Assembly (NCBI GenBank): GCA_034669905.1
Contig: JAXMOL010000067.1
Span: 1-39,993, forward strand
Length of the DNA: 39,993 nt
DNA from: Candidatus Hydrogenedentota bacterium
GTDB lineage: Bacteria > Hydrogenedentota > Hydrogenedentia > Hydrogenedentales > JAEUWI01
Direction of reading: 5' to 3'
Shown here: positions 18,406-28,402 of the stretch, piece after piece
Numbering within the stretch: the first letter of the stretch is position 1
Layout of the letters: the number at the start of each line of letters is the position of its first letter
Notes under the pieces: model-generated
What the model saw: the letters and a program-made list of their open reading frames with translations, nothing else
What the model was told of the DNA's origin: nothing
Database searches by the model: none
Translations under genes and position numbers: made by a program

Positions 18406-20058
18406 TCATTGATTCCGTTGTGCCGCCAGCGCCAAGGGGGCCCAGGCCAGACTGCCAATCGGAATGCAACAGAGTCCGCAGACGAAAACCACGGCATACA
18501 CACTCAACGAGACAAAGGCAGGATTGTGCTGCAAGACCTGACGGCCCAGCAGAACCACGCAGACCACCCACAACACCACGATTATAGTCACAGGCGTTGG
18601 ACCGTAAATGCCCATCCGAAGAACGGCGCGCATGCCGAACAGGGTTGCGGCGATCAGTAGAACTCCCCACGCCAGGAGGTAGGCCTCTTCGAGATAACGT
18701 AGGTCCCACTTCAGCAGCGCCTCAACGACCCGCAAGAACATAGGAAATAGAATAAATAACGTTCCGAACACCGGGAGGGCACGATGCTTCTCGATCCACG
18801 GCGCGCTGTACCCTAAGCTCATGGCCAACAGAATTGCCGTCAGGCAGGCCAGCAGGTAGGCCAGCAGGTAGGCCACCAAGGCTGCAAATCCATACCCGAC
18901 CACGGATATTTCCGTCCACGAAAGCTCCACCATCCTGGTCATCGCGCGTTCAATTCCATCTATGGAAATCAACACCGACGCACAGCAAATACCACCCAAA
19001 AGGAGCACGACACTACCCACCGCCGCAACGCTGAGAATCACACCCAGTTTCAAAACGATGCTACTCCCTACAGATAGGGGCTGAGTCGCTTCGTAAACAG
19101 ACAACCGGAGTACCTTGGCGCGGTATTTCATCCCCAACACCCCCTCGGTCACAAGAAGAATGAGGGCCAACATCGCAAAGCAATGGATGGCCCCGAGTGC
19201 GCCGAAGGCGACTCCGTCACGATCATCATTCAGCAACCAGGTGAAAAAGGCCATGCTGGCCAACCCCGTAAAGACAGCCGCCAGCGCACGGACTCGCACA
19301 CGGCGCAATTCGAACCAGATTTGGGCGCGAACACCCGATGAAAATGGATGCCGACGCTCCCCGCTCTCTCGGTCTTGGTAGACCCGCGACATGCGCTCGC
19401 CAACGACGGAATGGTAATCCCCGCATCGCTGTTTCCGGACAAAGAAAATGGTGACCCCAATGGCTATGGCCGCCACCACCGCCATAACACCATTTTCCAA
19501 TGGGGTATATTCCATCCCATAGCCTCGTGTATCGGGTTCCGTCGCCCATGGGTCCATCGCCAAAAGGATGGGCCGAAACACGACGGCCAGCACGAAGGCC
19601 ATTGCGATGGTCACGACGGCCCGCTCTCCGAAACCCGTCGTGGACCAGGTCGCCATGGCCAGACAGGCGCTCACCGTCAACAGGAAAGGAAGCATTGTCC
19701 AGCCGGGGTAGGACATCGGAAGAATCAGCTGCGCAACCCAGACGAGGCCCAGGTAGATGAGGCAATTAGTAATGAGCAGCCACGCCATAGGCACGCCGAC
19801 CAACCAGCCCGTGGGTACTGGCTGGGTAAAGTTCAGGATGAAAGGAAAGGCTCCCTGCTGCCGCTGATCGAAGCTTTGGAGCCAGAGTTGGGACGTAACG
19901 GACGTCAGCACGATACTCAGGTATACCAAGCCCTCAAAGATTGGCAGATAAAGACATAAGAAAAGAAAGGGCAAGGGCGTGAGGAGTCGCAACAACAACT
20001 CCAGTCGGGTAAGTCGCCAGAGTTCCCATAGCTGGGCGCGCAACAGGGTGCTGTTCAT
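18406..20058 (-). CDS. ABC transporter permease-like polytopic membrane protein (internally duplicated)
   Basis: Roughly 12 hydrophobic segments; halves begin LRAQLWELWR and VRAQIWFELR, each with a TQP motif; follows the ABC ATPase. Confidence 0.7.
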   Translation of the reverse strand: MNSTLLRAQLWELWRLTRLELLLRLLTPLPFLFLCLYLPIFEGLVYLSIVLTSVTSQLWLQSFDQRQQGAFPFILNFTQPVPTGWLVGVPMAWLLITNCLIYLGLVWVAQLILPMSYPGWTMLPFLLTVSACLAMATWSTTGFGERAVVTIAMAFVLAVVFRPILLAMDPWATEPDTRGYGMEYTPLENGVMAVVAAIAIGVTIFFVRKQRCGDYHSVVGERMSRVYQDRESGERRHPFSSGVRAQIWFELRRVRVRALAAVFTGLASMAFFTWLLNDDRDGVAFGALGAIHCFAMLALILLVTEGVLGMKYRAKVLRLSVYEATQPLSVGSSIVLKLGVILSVAAVGSVVLLLGGICCASVLISIDGIERAMTRMVELSWTEISVVGYGFAALVAYLLAYLLACLTAILLAMSLGYSAPWIEKHRALPVFGTLFILFPMFLRVVEALLKWDLRYLEEAYLLAWGVLLIAATLFGMRAVLRMGIYGPTPVTIIVVLWVVCVVLLGRQVLQHNPAFVSLSVYAVVFVCGLCCIPIGSLAWAPLALAAQRNQ

Positions 20059-20062
20059 GGGC

Positions 20063-20971
20063 CTACCCTTCTGTCTTCGTCGGGACACCACGGCCGACAC
20101 GCGCCACGAATATTTCCTGGAGCGATGGGTTGCGCACTTCGGTTATCTCGGCACCCAGCGCCTGAATCGCCGCCTTCGCCTGCTCCAATTCGCCATTGCA
20201 GACTGCTTGCCACTGGTTTCCAAAGCCCTCCAGCGAGAGGGCACCCGCGATGGTCGGGCGGACCGTTTGCTCTTCCGGAAATCGCAGGGTCAGATGTTGG
20301 TGACCATCCCTGATGTCGTCCAGGCTGCCGTGGAGCACCACCTTGCCTTTGTGAATCATGGTGACGACATCGGACATGCGTTCCACTTCGTCGAGGAGAT
20401 GGGAAGAAAACAGGGCCGTGCGCCCTTCGTCGGCCACGGCGCGGACTACTTCGCGAAGGATGTCTTGTCGCACAATCGCGTCAAGTCCGGACGACGGTTC
20501 ATCGAGCAAAAGCAGGTCAGGTCGATGGGCCACGGCGGCGATGAGTCCCGTCAAAGCGCGCTGGCCCCGGGAGAGATTCTTTATCTTCTGTTGGGGGTCG
20601 AGCTCAAAGGTCTGGATGAGCTCGTCTGAATAGCTGTTGTCCCACTTGGGGTGATAGGCCTGGGTATAGCGCGCAAGCTCGTGAATACGCATCCAGTCCG
20701 GCAAATCGCGTTCTTCGGAGAGATAGCCGATGCGCCCCAGGACTTCGACGGGGTGCTTCACGGGGTCCAAGCCAAATACCCGCACGGTACCCGTCTTCGC
20801 CCGGAGTAGTCCGAGGATGTGCTTGATGAGCGTGGTCTTCCCCGCCCCGTTAGCGCCCACGAGACCATGCACACAGCCGGGTTCCACGGAAAAAGTGAGG
20901 TCATCCAGCGCCTTGAGCAACCCGAACTGGCGCGTAACCCCTTGAATCGCTACCACCTTGTCTTCCATCAT
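20063..20971 (-). CDS. ABC transporter ATP-binding protein (YtrB-like)
   Basis: Walker A GANGAGKT, signature LSRGQ, Walker B LLLLDEP, SSH switch; ATGA overlap with the gntR stop. Confidence 0.95.
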   Translation of the reverse strand: MMEDKVVAIQGVTRQFGLLKALDDLTFSVEPGCVHGLVGANGAGKTTLIKHILGLLRAKTGTVRVFGLDPVKHPVEVLGRIGYLSEERDLPDWMRIHELARYTQAYHPKWDNSYSDELIQTFELDPQQKIKNLSRGQRALTGLIAAVAHRPDLLLLDEPSSGLDAIVRQDILREVVRAVADEGRTALFSSHLLDEVERMSDVVTMIHKGKVVLHGSLDDIRDGHQHLTLRFPEEQTVRPTIAGALSLEGFGNQWQAVCNGELEQAKAAIQALGAEITEVRNPSLQEIFVARVGRGVPTKTEG

Positions 20972-21378
20972 CCGTGCTCCTTTGCTGACTTGTCTTTTGC
21001 CTTGCCCAATACCGCAGCCCGTTCGTTCAACAACGTCGTTATGTCGTCCAGTGAATAGCCCATTTGCCGTGCCTCCGTGAGCAACGTGTCCGCCCGTTCG
21101 GTCAGGATTCGTTTTTGCTCGGCCGCCTTGAGCGGCGAACCGTTCTCCGAAATAAACGTACCGGCCCCCCGCCGTTTGTAGACCACGCCCTCCGTCTCCA
21201 GCTCGCGGTAGGCCTTCACCACCGTGTTGGGCGTGACGAGCAACTGCTCCGCCAACACGCGGATGGGCGGCACTTCCATGCCCGCTGTGAGTTGGCCAGA
21301 CGCCACCATGTATTTGACCTGGTTGACGATCTGTCGGTAGATGGGCACGCCATCTTTGAGGGAAATCTGGATATTCAC
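20968..21378 (-). CDS. GntR-family (YtrA subfamily) transcriptional regulator
   Basis: PIYRQI...PPIRVLAEQL.VTPNTVVKAYRELE.EG...RRGAGTFI with a short C-terminus; GTG start at 21378 after GAGG. Confidence 0.93.
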   Translation of the reverse strand: MNIQISLKDGVPIYRQIVNQVKYMVASGQLTAGMEVPPIRVLAEQLLVTPNTVVKAYRELETEGVVYKRRGAGTFISENGSPLKAAEQKRILTERADTLLTEARQMGYSLDDITTLLNERAAVLGKAKDKSAKEHG

Positions 21379-21399
21379 GGGGGCCTCGCTTTGTTGCGG

Positions 21400-21437
21400 T
21401 GTACCTGTAGACTGACACAATTTGTGTGGTGTGTCAA
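21400..21437 (-). promoter_or_regulatory. Putative YtrA-type operator (TGT-N14-ACA, 21400-21419) and -35 TTGACA (21437-21432)
   Basis: TGTACCTGTAGACTGACACA sits just upstream of the gntR RBS, the usual position for autoregulation. Confidence 0.55.
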
Positions 21438-21498
21438 GGGAATATTCCAGGGGGCGGCGTCTATCTCACCTGCGCTGTTCACTTGACCCAGCCGACCA

Positions 21499-21578
21499 CT
21501 CCCCTCCTGGGAGGGGCAGGGGTGGGTTATCGACATTTTCGCAAATTGACCCACCCCCAGACCCTCCAAGGAGGGGAG
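21499..21578. repeat. REP-like inverted repeat pair
   Basis: CTCCCCTCCTGGGAGGGGCAGGGGTGGGT (21499-21527) and ACCCACCCCCAGACCCTCCAAGGAGGGGAG (21549-21578). Confidence 0.8.
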
Positions 21579-21664
21579 CGTCTTGTAGAGTTTTCTAACG
21601 AATCAACGCCCTATCTGCTTGAGTCAATCTATTGGTTGTGATAGGTTTTCGGCGGGGATTGCGC

Positions 21665-21700
21665 TTAAAGGACCAAAACGACTTAAAGGACGTAAAGGAC
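21665..21700 (+). repeat. 4 x 9-bp tandem repeat (NNAAAGGAC)
   Basis: TTAAAGGAC CAAAACGAC TTAAAGGAC GTAAAGGAC immediately before ATG 21702. Confidence 0.8.
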
Positions 21701-21701
21701 G

Positions 21702-23636
21702 ATGTTCGAAATGTGGAATCCATGGAATAGACTGCCAGCTCGGATGATTTGGGTAGCATTAACGACCTTTATGTTGATGGAAGGCGTCCGCGCAGACAAC
21801 ACGCCCTTCGAAGTTATTGGCGTTCCGGTGATGAAGGCGGGCCTCATGGGCACCCTGATTGGCCCCGGCCCCACGGAAGGCTCGGAGCGCATCTATGTGA
21901 ACTTTCGCCAGGACGGCGGCAAGCTCTTCCTGGTCGCCATCGATCCGGAGAGCGGCGCCACGGAGCAATTCCAATCCCCCGTAGGCACGGGTGCCTGGGG
22001 CTTCATCGTAGGCCCCGACAACAAAATCTATCTCGGCACCCACGAAGGCCCGGACCCGGGCGACAGTGGCCAAATCCTGGTCTTCGACCCGAAACACCCG
22101 GAGAAGGAAATTGAGGTGGTGGGGCGCCCGGCCGCGTCGGAATCCTATCTGTGGATGTATAGCATCGGGCCGGATGGAAAGCTTTACGCCTGCACCTATC
22201 CGGGTGCGAAGATTGTCTCCTATGACCCGGCCACGGGTGCCATGGAAGACTATGGCGTCATGGACCCTTCACAGAAATACACGCGCAATATCGTGACGGG
22301 ACCGGACGGGATGATTTACGTCGGCGTCGGCTATGGCCGGGCCAACGTGGTTCGTCTGGACCCTGAAACCGGCGCGCATCGGGCCATCCTTCCCGAGCAA
22401 TACCGCAACCATGAGTCCCTGACCTTCGCGAGCGTTCAGCTCGGCGTCGATGGCCAGGTCTATATCAGCGCGGCGACCATGGTGGCCAATGATGCCGGGG
22501 AGCTCGTAAAGAAGGCGGCCATTCTGGTGCCCGACGGAGACAGCGTACGCGAAGTGAGCGAACGCCCCGAGATTGTGAACCAAGTCACCTTAAAGGATGG
22601 ACGACGGGTGGCAGACGTCACCATTGATGGCACTTATACCCTGGTCTCCCCCGACGGGAGCACCGAGAAGCGCAGCTTCACTTATGAAGGAGCGGGCTCG
22701 GGCATCTTCATGGTGGACAATGGCCCCCTCGGCCGCATTTATGGCGGTACGGCCATGCCCAACGAAATTTTCTATTACGACCCGGCCAATGGCGCGCTGG
22801 AGAACCCCGGCAACGCCACGGAAACGGGCGGTGAAATCTACAGTATGCTGGACCATCACGGCACGCTCTACGTCTGTGCCTACCCCGGATCCTTCCTCTC
22901 CAAGTGGGACCCATCCAAGCCATGGGACTATGGCCGCGCCGCGACCAACAATCCCCGTGGCTTTGGCCCCCTGGGTCCGGGCCACCTGCGGCCCCGGGCG
23001 ATGATTCATGGGCCCGACGAAAAGATTTACATCGGCAGCTATCCCGAGTATGGACGACTGGGTGGCTCCCTCGGCATCTGGGACCCGGTGGAAGACAAGC
23101 TCGTCGAAAACTTCCCCCAGCTCATTGAGAACCAATCCCTCGTAGCGCTGGCCTATGACCCGACCTCCGGGCTTCTCTTTGGAGGTTCCAGCGTCCGGGG
23201 TGGTGGTGGTTCGACCCCCACCGAAAGGGAAGCGAAGTTCTTCGCCTTTGACCCGGTGGCGAAGCAACTGAAATTCGCGAAGGCCATCGTTGCGGGCGAC
23301 AAGGACATTCGCAGCCTGTGTCGCGTGGGCGACCGCATTTTTGGTATATCGGGCGCAGAGACCCTCTTCGTCTATGACATCCCGACGGATACGGTGTTGC
23401 ACACGGCCTCCGTGGGTGTGGGCCATGTGATCGACGTATCGCTCCGCCTGTGGAAAGACGGCCTTATCTACGGCCTGGGCGGCAACAAGGTGTTTCGGAT
23501 TAACCCGGAGCGCTACGCCGTGGAAGTATTGGCGGAGTACAGCGGAAAGATTCGCTGTGGTATGGCCATCGACGACAAAGGTATCTACTTTGGTGATGCG
23601 GCCGAGTTGGTACGGTATAACTGGCCGGTGGAGTGA
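21702..23636 (+). CDS. Secreted WD40/YVTN-like beta-propeller protein
   Basis: Signal-like N-terminus; repeated blade motifs (GPDNKIYLGT, GPDGKLY, GPDGMIYVG, GPDEKIYIGS, YDP). Start codon uncertain (21702/21711/21744). Confidence 0.75.
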   Translation: MFEMWNPWNRLPARMIWVALTTFMLMEGVRADNTPFEVIGVPVMKAGLMGTLIGPGPTEGSERIYVNFRQDGGKLFLVAIDPESGATEQFQSPVGTGAWGFIVGPDNKIYLGTHEGPDPGDSGQILVFDPKHPEKEIEVVGRPAASESYLWMYSIGPDGKLYACTYPGAKIVSYDPATGAMEDYGVMDPSQKYTRNIVTGPDGMIYVGVGYGRANVVRLDPETGAHRAILPEQYRNHESLTFASVQLGVDGQVYISAATMVANDAGELVKKAAILVPDGDSVREVSERPEIVNQVTLKDGRRVADVTIDGTYTLVSPDGSTEKRSFTYEGAGSGIFMVDNGPLGRIYGGTAMPNEIFYYDPANGALENPGNATETGGEIYSMLDHHGTLYVCAYPGSFLSKWDPSKPWDYGRAATNNPRGFGPLGPGHLRPRAMIHGPDEKIYIGSYPEYGRLGGSLGIWDPVEDKLVENFPQLIENQSLVALAYDPTSGLLFGGSSVRGGGGSTPTEREAKFFAFDPVAKQLKFAKAIVAGDKDIRSLCRVGDRIFGISGAETLFVYDIPTDTVLHTASVGVGHVIDVSLRLWKDGLIYGLGGNKVFRINPERYAVEVLAEYSGKIRCGMAIDDKGIYFGDAAELVRYNWPVE

Positions 23637-23640
23637 ACCG

Positions 23641-23676
23641 CTAAAGGACATAAAGGACGAAAAGGACCTAAAGGAC
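23641..23676 (+). repeat. 4 x 9-bp tandem repeat (NNAAAGGAC)
   Basis: CTAAAGGAC ATAAAGGAC GAAAAGGAC CTAAAGGAC, starting 4 nt after the stop at 23636. Confidence 0.85.
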
Positions 23677-23723
23677 ACAGCGCAATCAGGCCCATCGTTT
23701 CGACCCAGTTAATTCTCAATTCC

Positions 23724-26588
23724 CTATTCCCTAAGCAGCCAACCCATTTCCCGTGGGTCGGCGGCGCCGTAGCCCAACCGCGACATCAGGTTGTCACCCG
23801 AGGAGGGTGCCCACATCTTAGTGACCTGCTTTTTCTTGTCGGCGGAGAGGAAAGTCACTTCCACGTTGACGCGCATGGGTCGGGTCGGGTCGTCTTCGCC
23901 GCGGAAGGAACTGAGCGGCACGCGCATGCGGAAGACCTGCTGGTCTCCCACTACCTCACAATGGGCCTCCCAGGGTGCTTCCTTATCCAGCCAAGTGACC
24001 TGGATATCCTGCTTACCGGCGGGGTTCATGCGGAAGGTTCGGCGCGGATAAATATGGGTGGGCTCGAGGTGCACTTTGGTCGCCACCGGACGCCATGCTT
24101 CGGACTTCGTTGCGGTCACGTTCACATAGACGGCGTCGCTATCGTGGGTGGCCTGCCAGGACCAGTCAAATTCGTCTGAACCGCTCTCCACCGCCGACAC
24201 GGTCGTCCAACCGACTGAATCGTCCTTCCAGTTCCCCGAAAAGGCGTCGGGAGCCTGGGGGGCAACGACGCGGTGGGTCTGTTCGGCAAGACCGGAGTCC
24301 ACGGCAAAGACTGGTTCCCCCGCCGCTATCGACGCGGCTGCGGTCGGCACTTCGTTTTCCAACACGCCGCGCAATTGGTCAATGCGCCAATCAAGATAGG
24401 CCGGGAAATACTGATACCCCTCTGCTTCCGCCTGGAAACCCAGGTAGGGGTTCCGCGCACAGAGGGCCTTCATGGCGGTGGCGTTTTCAATCTCTTCTTC
24501 GACAATCGCGCGCAGCTCATCCAATAACGCCGCGCCCTGGTCGCCGGGGTTATAGAGCAACTGTTCCCGCAGGCGGTAGAAGCGCAGGATATTGTATCCC
24601 GTCCGAAAATGAAGGCCCAATGCCTCGGCGTTGGTAATATCCAGCTCGCGGTTGGGCTCGTCGGAAAATTGGGGCTTCAGGGTCGCGAGAATTTCGAGTC
24701 CCTCCTGCCACGTGTCGGACATCTGGCCGCAGAGGGTCAACATCTCCTCCAACGAGTGCGAGCCGGAAAAGGCCTCACCGATGCGGTCACCGGCCGGCGG
24801 ATATTCCAGTTTCCACACGGGCGAAAGGTTGATGTGGACGGGCTTGAGGTGCAGGGGCCAGCCGATGCCGTCGTGCATAGGGCCGTAATATTGCATGGCG
24901 TTGGTGAGGGGATAGTGGTCGTAGGCTTCGGTAAAACGTTGCCAGGCCTTCACCACCGTCGGCGCGTGCTCGGGGCCCCAATCGCGCTGGGCCAGGTGGA
25001 GGAGGAAGTCGGCCTCGGAAAGGCCTTCCGGCGCGAAGGGCAGGGCGCTGGCGGCGGCGCGATTCATGACGGAGGGCAGGTTACCGATATACCAACACTG
25101 CATCACCGAGGTCACGCCCAGTTCCCGCATGGTGCCGTATTTCTGATAGAGGTTGCTCGGCGCAGGCACGTACGGAATGGTGGACGCCTCGAAGGAATTA
25201 CAGGCCTGGAGTTTCGCCCCCAGTTCGCCCTTGCTCTCCCCCACGCCCGCTGCGGTATCGCGGTAGATGGCGCTGGGCCCCACATAGGAAAGCCAGTAAT
25301 CGCCCGCGTGGCGTTCCTTACCGAGCTGGACCTTGGTGCCGCCGGACTCAAAGTTAATCTGGGTAATCACCCCCGGTGGCGTGTGTTTCGCCAGGTTGCG
25401 AAGAGGCGTCAGGTCGCGCACCAGCCCGGTGCCATTTTCCGGCACGTAGAGCCACGAGACCAGCTGGGCCTTTGGGTTCGCGTCGTGCATCCCCCGCGCC
25501 ATGGCCGACATGGAAGCGCCGAGAATCTCACCGGGCTCTTTGTCGTTGCAGTTGTCGCACGCGATGTTCCAGTCGTTGTCCGCCCCACTGAGGCAGGTGG
25601 TAGAACGCTCGCCAAAGCTGATATTGATGAGGCCACCAAGATGGGGCACCTCGGTGAAAATATCATTGACCGCTTCGTAGAGATAGGTCTGGGAAATTTC
25701 CGGGAAAGGACAAAAGAGTTTGCTGCCCCGACCGACGGTCATGCCGCCCAACTCGGGGTGGGCGACCAACAAGGGATGATGAATGCCCATGACCCGGGGC
25801 TCAATGCAAAAGATGTAGACGTTGATACCGTAGCGGCGACAGGCGGCCACCGTGGCCCGCAACTTCGCCAGCCGTTTTTCCCGGCCTGGGTCCACCTCGG
25901 GAATGAGCGAGGTCTTGCAGATATCCATGAACTCAATGGTGAGCCAGAGGCCGTTCACGCCGTCGTGGGCGAGTTTATTGAGGTAGTGCTCCGGGTAGTA
26001 GTTGACGTCGTCCATCAATTCGTCTTTGTTTTTCGGCGGGCGCTTGATGGGACCGAAGAAGCAACGGGAAATACGATTACGGATAAAGGGCGAACGTTTC
26101 TTTTCGCCAATGGAAAGAAAGGCCCCCTCCGCACGAAGCAGTTCATCCTCCACGAAAAAGATGCCCCGACGGATGCCTTCTGTGTCATTCGCCTGGATGC
26201 GGCACTCGGTCTCGGTGACCTTAACGATAAAGGTCTCAAAAACATCGGTGGACACCTGCTCCGTGATGATGCGATAGGTCCCCTCTGTGGGAATGCCCAC
26301 CTGGCCGAAGAAATCGTTGAGGTCCGTATAGGCCGTTTCCAAGATACCATCCGGGTCCGGAAAGTTCGCTTCGATACGAACGCCTTCCCGGAGGCTCGCC
26401 TCGCCCGCGTTGGCCACGTCACGGGTCCAATGGGCCGTGTAGGTCATGGGGGCCGCGAGGTCCGTCAGAAAAGGCCATTCGTCTGGGCCGGGGCTTTCGG
26501 GCGGAGGTAAGAATGGGGCGGTGGCCCCTTGTGAAATACCCAAAAGCACCGCAACACACGACAAAAACAGCACTCGAATCGACACCAC
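23724..26588 (-). CDS. Large secreted hypothetical protein, glycoside-hydrolase-like architecture
   Basis: 954 aa; AGGAGG RBS plus GTG; signal peptide; ETFIVKV...IQANDTEGIRRGIF resembles the GH20/GH67-type N-terminal domain, followed by a probable barrel and a CBM9-like tail (ATHDSDAVYV). Family not assignable. Confidence 0.6.
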   Translation of the reverse strand: MVSIRVLFLSCVAVLLGISQGATAPFLPPPESPGPDEWPFLTDLAAPMTYTAHWTRDVANAGEASLREGVRIEANFPDPDGILETAYTDLNDFFGQVGIPTEGTYRIITEQVSTDVFETFIVKVTETECRIQANDTEGIRRGIFFVEDELLRAEGAFLSIGEKKRSPFIRNRISRCFFGPIKRPPKNKDELMDDVNYYPEHYLNKLAHDGVNGLWLTIEFMDICKTSLIPEVDPGREKRLAKLRATVAACRRYGINVYIFCIEPRVMGIHHPLLVAHPELGGMTVGRGSKLFCPFPEISQTYLYEAVNDIFTEVPHLGGLINISFGERSTTCLSGADNDWNIACDNCNDKEPGEILGASMSAMARGMHDANPKAQLVSWLYVPENGTGLVRDLTPLRNLAKHTPPGVITQINFESGGTKVQLGKERHAGDYWLSYVGPSAIYRDTAAGVGESKGELGAKLQACNSFEASTIPYVPAPSNLYQKYGTMRELGVTSVMQCWYIGNLPSVMNRAAASALPFAPEGLSEADFLLHLAQRDWGPEHAPTVVKAWQRFTEAYDHYPLTNAMQYYGPMHDGIGWPLHLKPVHINLSPVWKLEYPPAGDRIGEAFSGSHSLEEMLTLCGQMSDTWQEGLEILATLKPQFSDEPNRELDITNAEALGLHFRTGYNILRFYRLREQLLYNPGDQGAALLDELRAIVEEEIENATAMKALCARNPYLGFQAEAEGYQYFPAYLDWRIDQLRGVLENEVPTAAASIAAGEPVFAVDSGLAEQTHRVVAPQAPDAFSGNWKDDSVGWTTVSAVESGSDEFDWSWQATHDSDAVYVNVTATKSEAWRPVATKVHLEPTHIYPRRTFRMNPAGKQDIQVTWLDKEAPWEAHCEVVGDQQVFRMRVPLSSFRGEDDPTRPMRVNVEVTFLSADKKKQVTKMWAPSSGDNLMSRLGYGAADPREMGWLLRE

Positions 26589-26852
26589 AACTTCCTCCTG
26601 ATTCTAACTTGGACTTCTACGGTGCAAGGTGCATATTGAAGCACCCGCCCCACCCGTAGAATGAATTATCCTAACACCCATCCCCTTGGCAAGAGAAGGG
26701 GATCGACCGATTGCTTTCGGAAGATGAGATTGCTACTATTTTACCAAAGATGGTCAACAATAACATCCCGTCGGTCGCGGCGGGAAGGCGCGTTGGTTTC
26801 ATCGGTGAGGCAGTCTGCGGGCTGACGGGAAAACGTAAAAAGAGGGCAAAAT

Positions 26853-27629
26853 ATGAAACGCACGATACTGAAGATCGGGGGAGTCATACTCCTCCTCACG
26901 GGCACGTTCACTGGCTGTATACTTGGATTTAATATCCTTCCCGAATACCATACACAGGAATTTGAGGCTGGTCAGGCAACGCGGCTGGGCGGCAAACAGA
27001 TATACTTCACGTCAGAGTCGTTTTACACTGAGAAGCTCACCCGACCAGCGCACTATGAGCGTATCGTTTCGGAGCAATCGGCGCTCCCCGTAAACCCTGT
27101 GGACCATCAAGTTATGGATTTTTCCGTGGCCGACCCCTTTGCGCTCCTATTACCCGAGGGGACGGAGGTGGCCTACTACGGATGGCTCTATTCCACGCTC
27201 TACATCGCAAGTGATGGCACCATCGCCTTTGGCACCCCGGGCACAGGCAACGGAAACCTAGCCGAACACTTCAGTTCTTTTCAGTTATCCCTCCTGCCTG
27301 TTGATGTCACTGCAGACGGCGGCAGGGTGAGCTACGCGATATACGAAGATAACATCGTCATCACCTTTGAGAACGTGGGCGGTAGCACCTTCCAGTGCGA
27401 GTTTTTTCTGCAGGGTGAGCAGCGACACGACATGGCGTTCACCTACCCCAACGTCGGACGAAATACCCGATCGGGTGTCGTTGGACTCGGCACGGACGAG
27501 CGCAACTTTCAATTGGGAAACGACGCTGGACTCGAAGATTTTCTTGAACGGTCCTTTGTTGAATCTGATTTGCTTATGGACTCCCAATTTGCAAATACCG
27601 GTTCGATGAAACTGGGTCTGGGTCAATAA
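26853..27629 (+). CDS. Putative lipoprotein, nidogen(NIDO)-like motif, paralog A
   Basis: Possible lipobox FTGC; YYGWLYSTLYIASDGTIAFG; collinear homolog of the next gene. Confidence 0.65.
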   Translation: MKRTILKIGGVILLLTGTFTGCILGFNILPEYHTQEFEAGQATRLGGKQIYFTSESFYTEKLTRPAHYERIVSEQSALPVNPVDHQVMDFSVADPFALLLPEGTEVAYYGWLYSTLYIASDGTIAFGTPGTGNGNLAEHFSSFQLSLLPVDVTADGGRVSYAIYEDNIVITFENVGGSTFQCEFFLQGEQRHDMAFTYPNVGRNTRSGVVGLGTDERNFQLGNDAGLEDFLERSFVESDLLMDSQFANTGSMKLGLGQ

Positions 27630-27670
27630 AACGGCCCTTGAACGGGACACCGCGTCAGAAAGGAAACACC

Positions 27671-28402
27671 TTGAGACATATATCACTTATCAGGTTAGGT
27701 TGTAGCCTGACCTTCGTCTGCCTGCTCTCCGGCTGTCTCAATGAGGAGTACAACACGCAGTATTTTAAGTCGGGTGAAGCGACCTGCTTAGCCGGAAAGC
27801 AACTGCACTTTGGCGATTCGCCGGTTTTTGAAAAGTCTGCTCCGTACCCGCATTACCCCCGCTATGTGTTAGAGCGCAGCAGCCTACCGGTTGACCCAAC
27901 AGAACACGCGACAATCGATTTTTCCGTTGGCGACCCCTTTGAACTCTCCCTTCCACCGGGAAACGTGCTCACCTACTACGGCGAAGACTACCTCACCCTA
28001 TACATCGGCAGTGACGGCACGATTGCTTTTGGCGCACCTGGCCCGGGAAACAACACCGTCGTGGATATATTCAGCGCGCCCCAGATTTCATTGCTGCCCG
28101 TAGACGCGACTGCAGAAGGGGCAATCGTGCGCTACGCACTCACGGACTTTGAGTTCGTACTCACCTTTGAGAATGTTCAAGGTAATACCTTCCAGTTTGA
28201 GCTGTTCCGCCAGGACGAGCGACAGAGTGAGATGGCAATCACCTACGAGATGGTTTCCGAAAACACGCGCGCTGGCGTCGTTGGCATACCCGATCCGCAG
28301 CACCCAATCCTTGGAGACGATCCGAGACGATTCGCCGCCTTTAACTTTCGAAACTCGATGCTCTGCGAAGATTCGCCATTTAACTCTAAGGAATTTCTGT
28401 AG
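27671..28402 (+). CDS. Putative lipoprotein, nidogen(NIDO)-like motif, paralog B
   Basis: Lipobox LSGC; YYGEDYLTLYIGSDGTIAFG; TTG start after AAGGA. Confidence 0.65.
   Translation: MRHISLIRLGCSLTFVCLLSGCLNEEYNTQYFKSGEATCLAGKQLHFGDSPVFEKSAPYPHYPRYVLERSSLPVDPTEHATIDFSVGDPFELSLPPGNVLTYYGEDYLTLYIGSDGTIAFGAPGPGNNTVVDIFSAPQISLLPVDATAEGAIVRYALTDFEFVLTFENVQGNTFQFELFRQDERQSEMAITYEMVSENTRAGVVGIPDPQHPILGDDPRRFAAFNFRNSMLCEDSPFNSKEFL

Noticed and set aside
20972..21418. Long N-terminal extension of the ABC ATPase ORF
   Set aside because: It overlaps gntR in another frame; the real start is the ATGA-coupled ATG at 20971.
24609..26510. Long antisense ORFs (also 10420-11814, 22590-23678, 29166-30617, 32427-33413, 34632-35585, 5664-6536)
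   Set aside because: Shadow ORFs opposite well-supported genes, expected in GC-rich DNA; no recognisable motifs.
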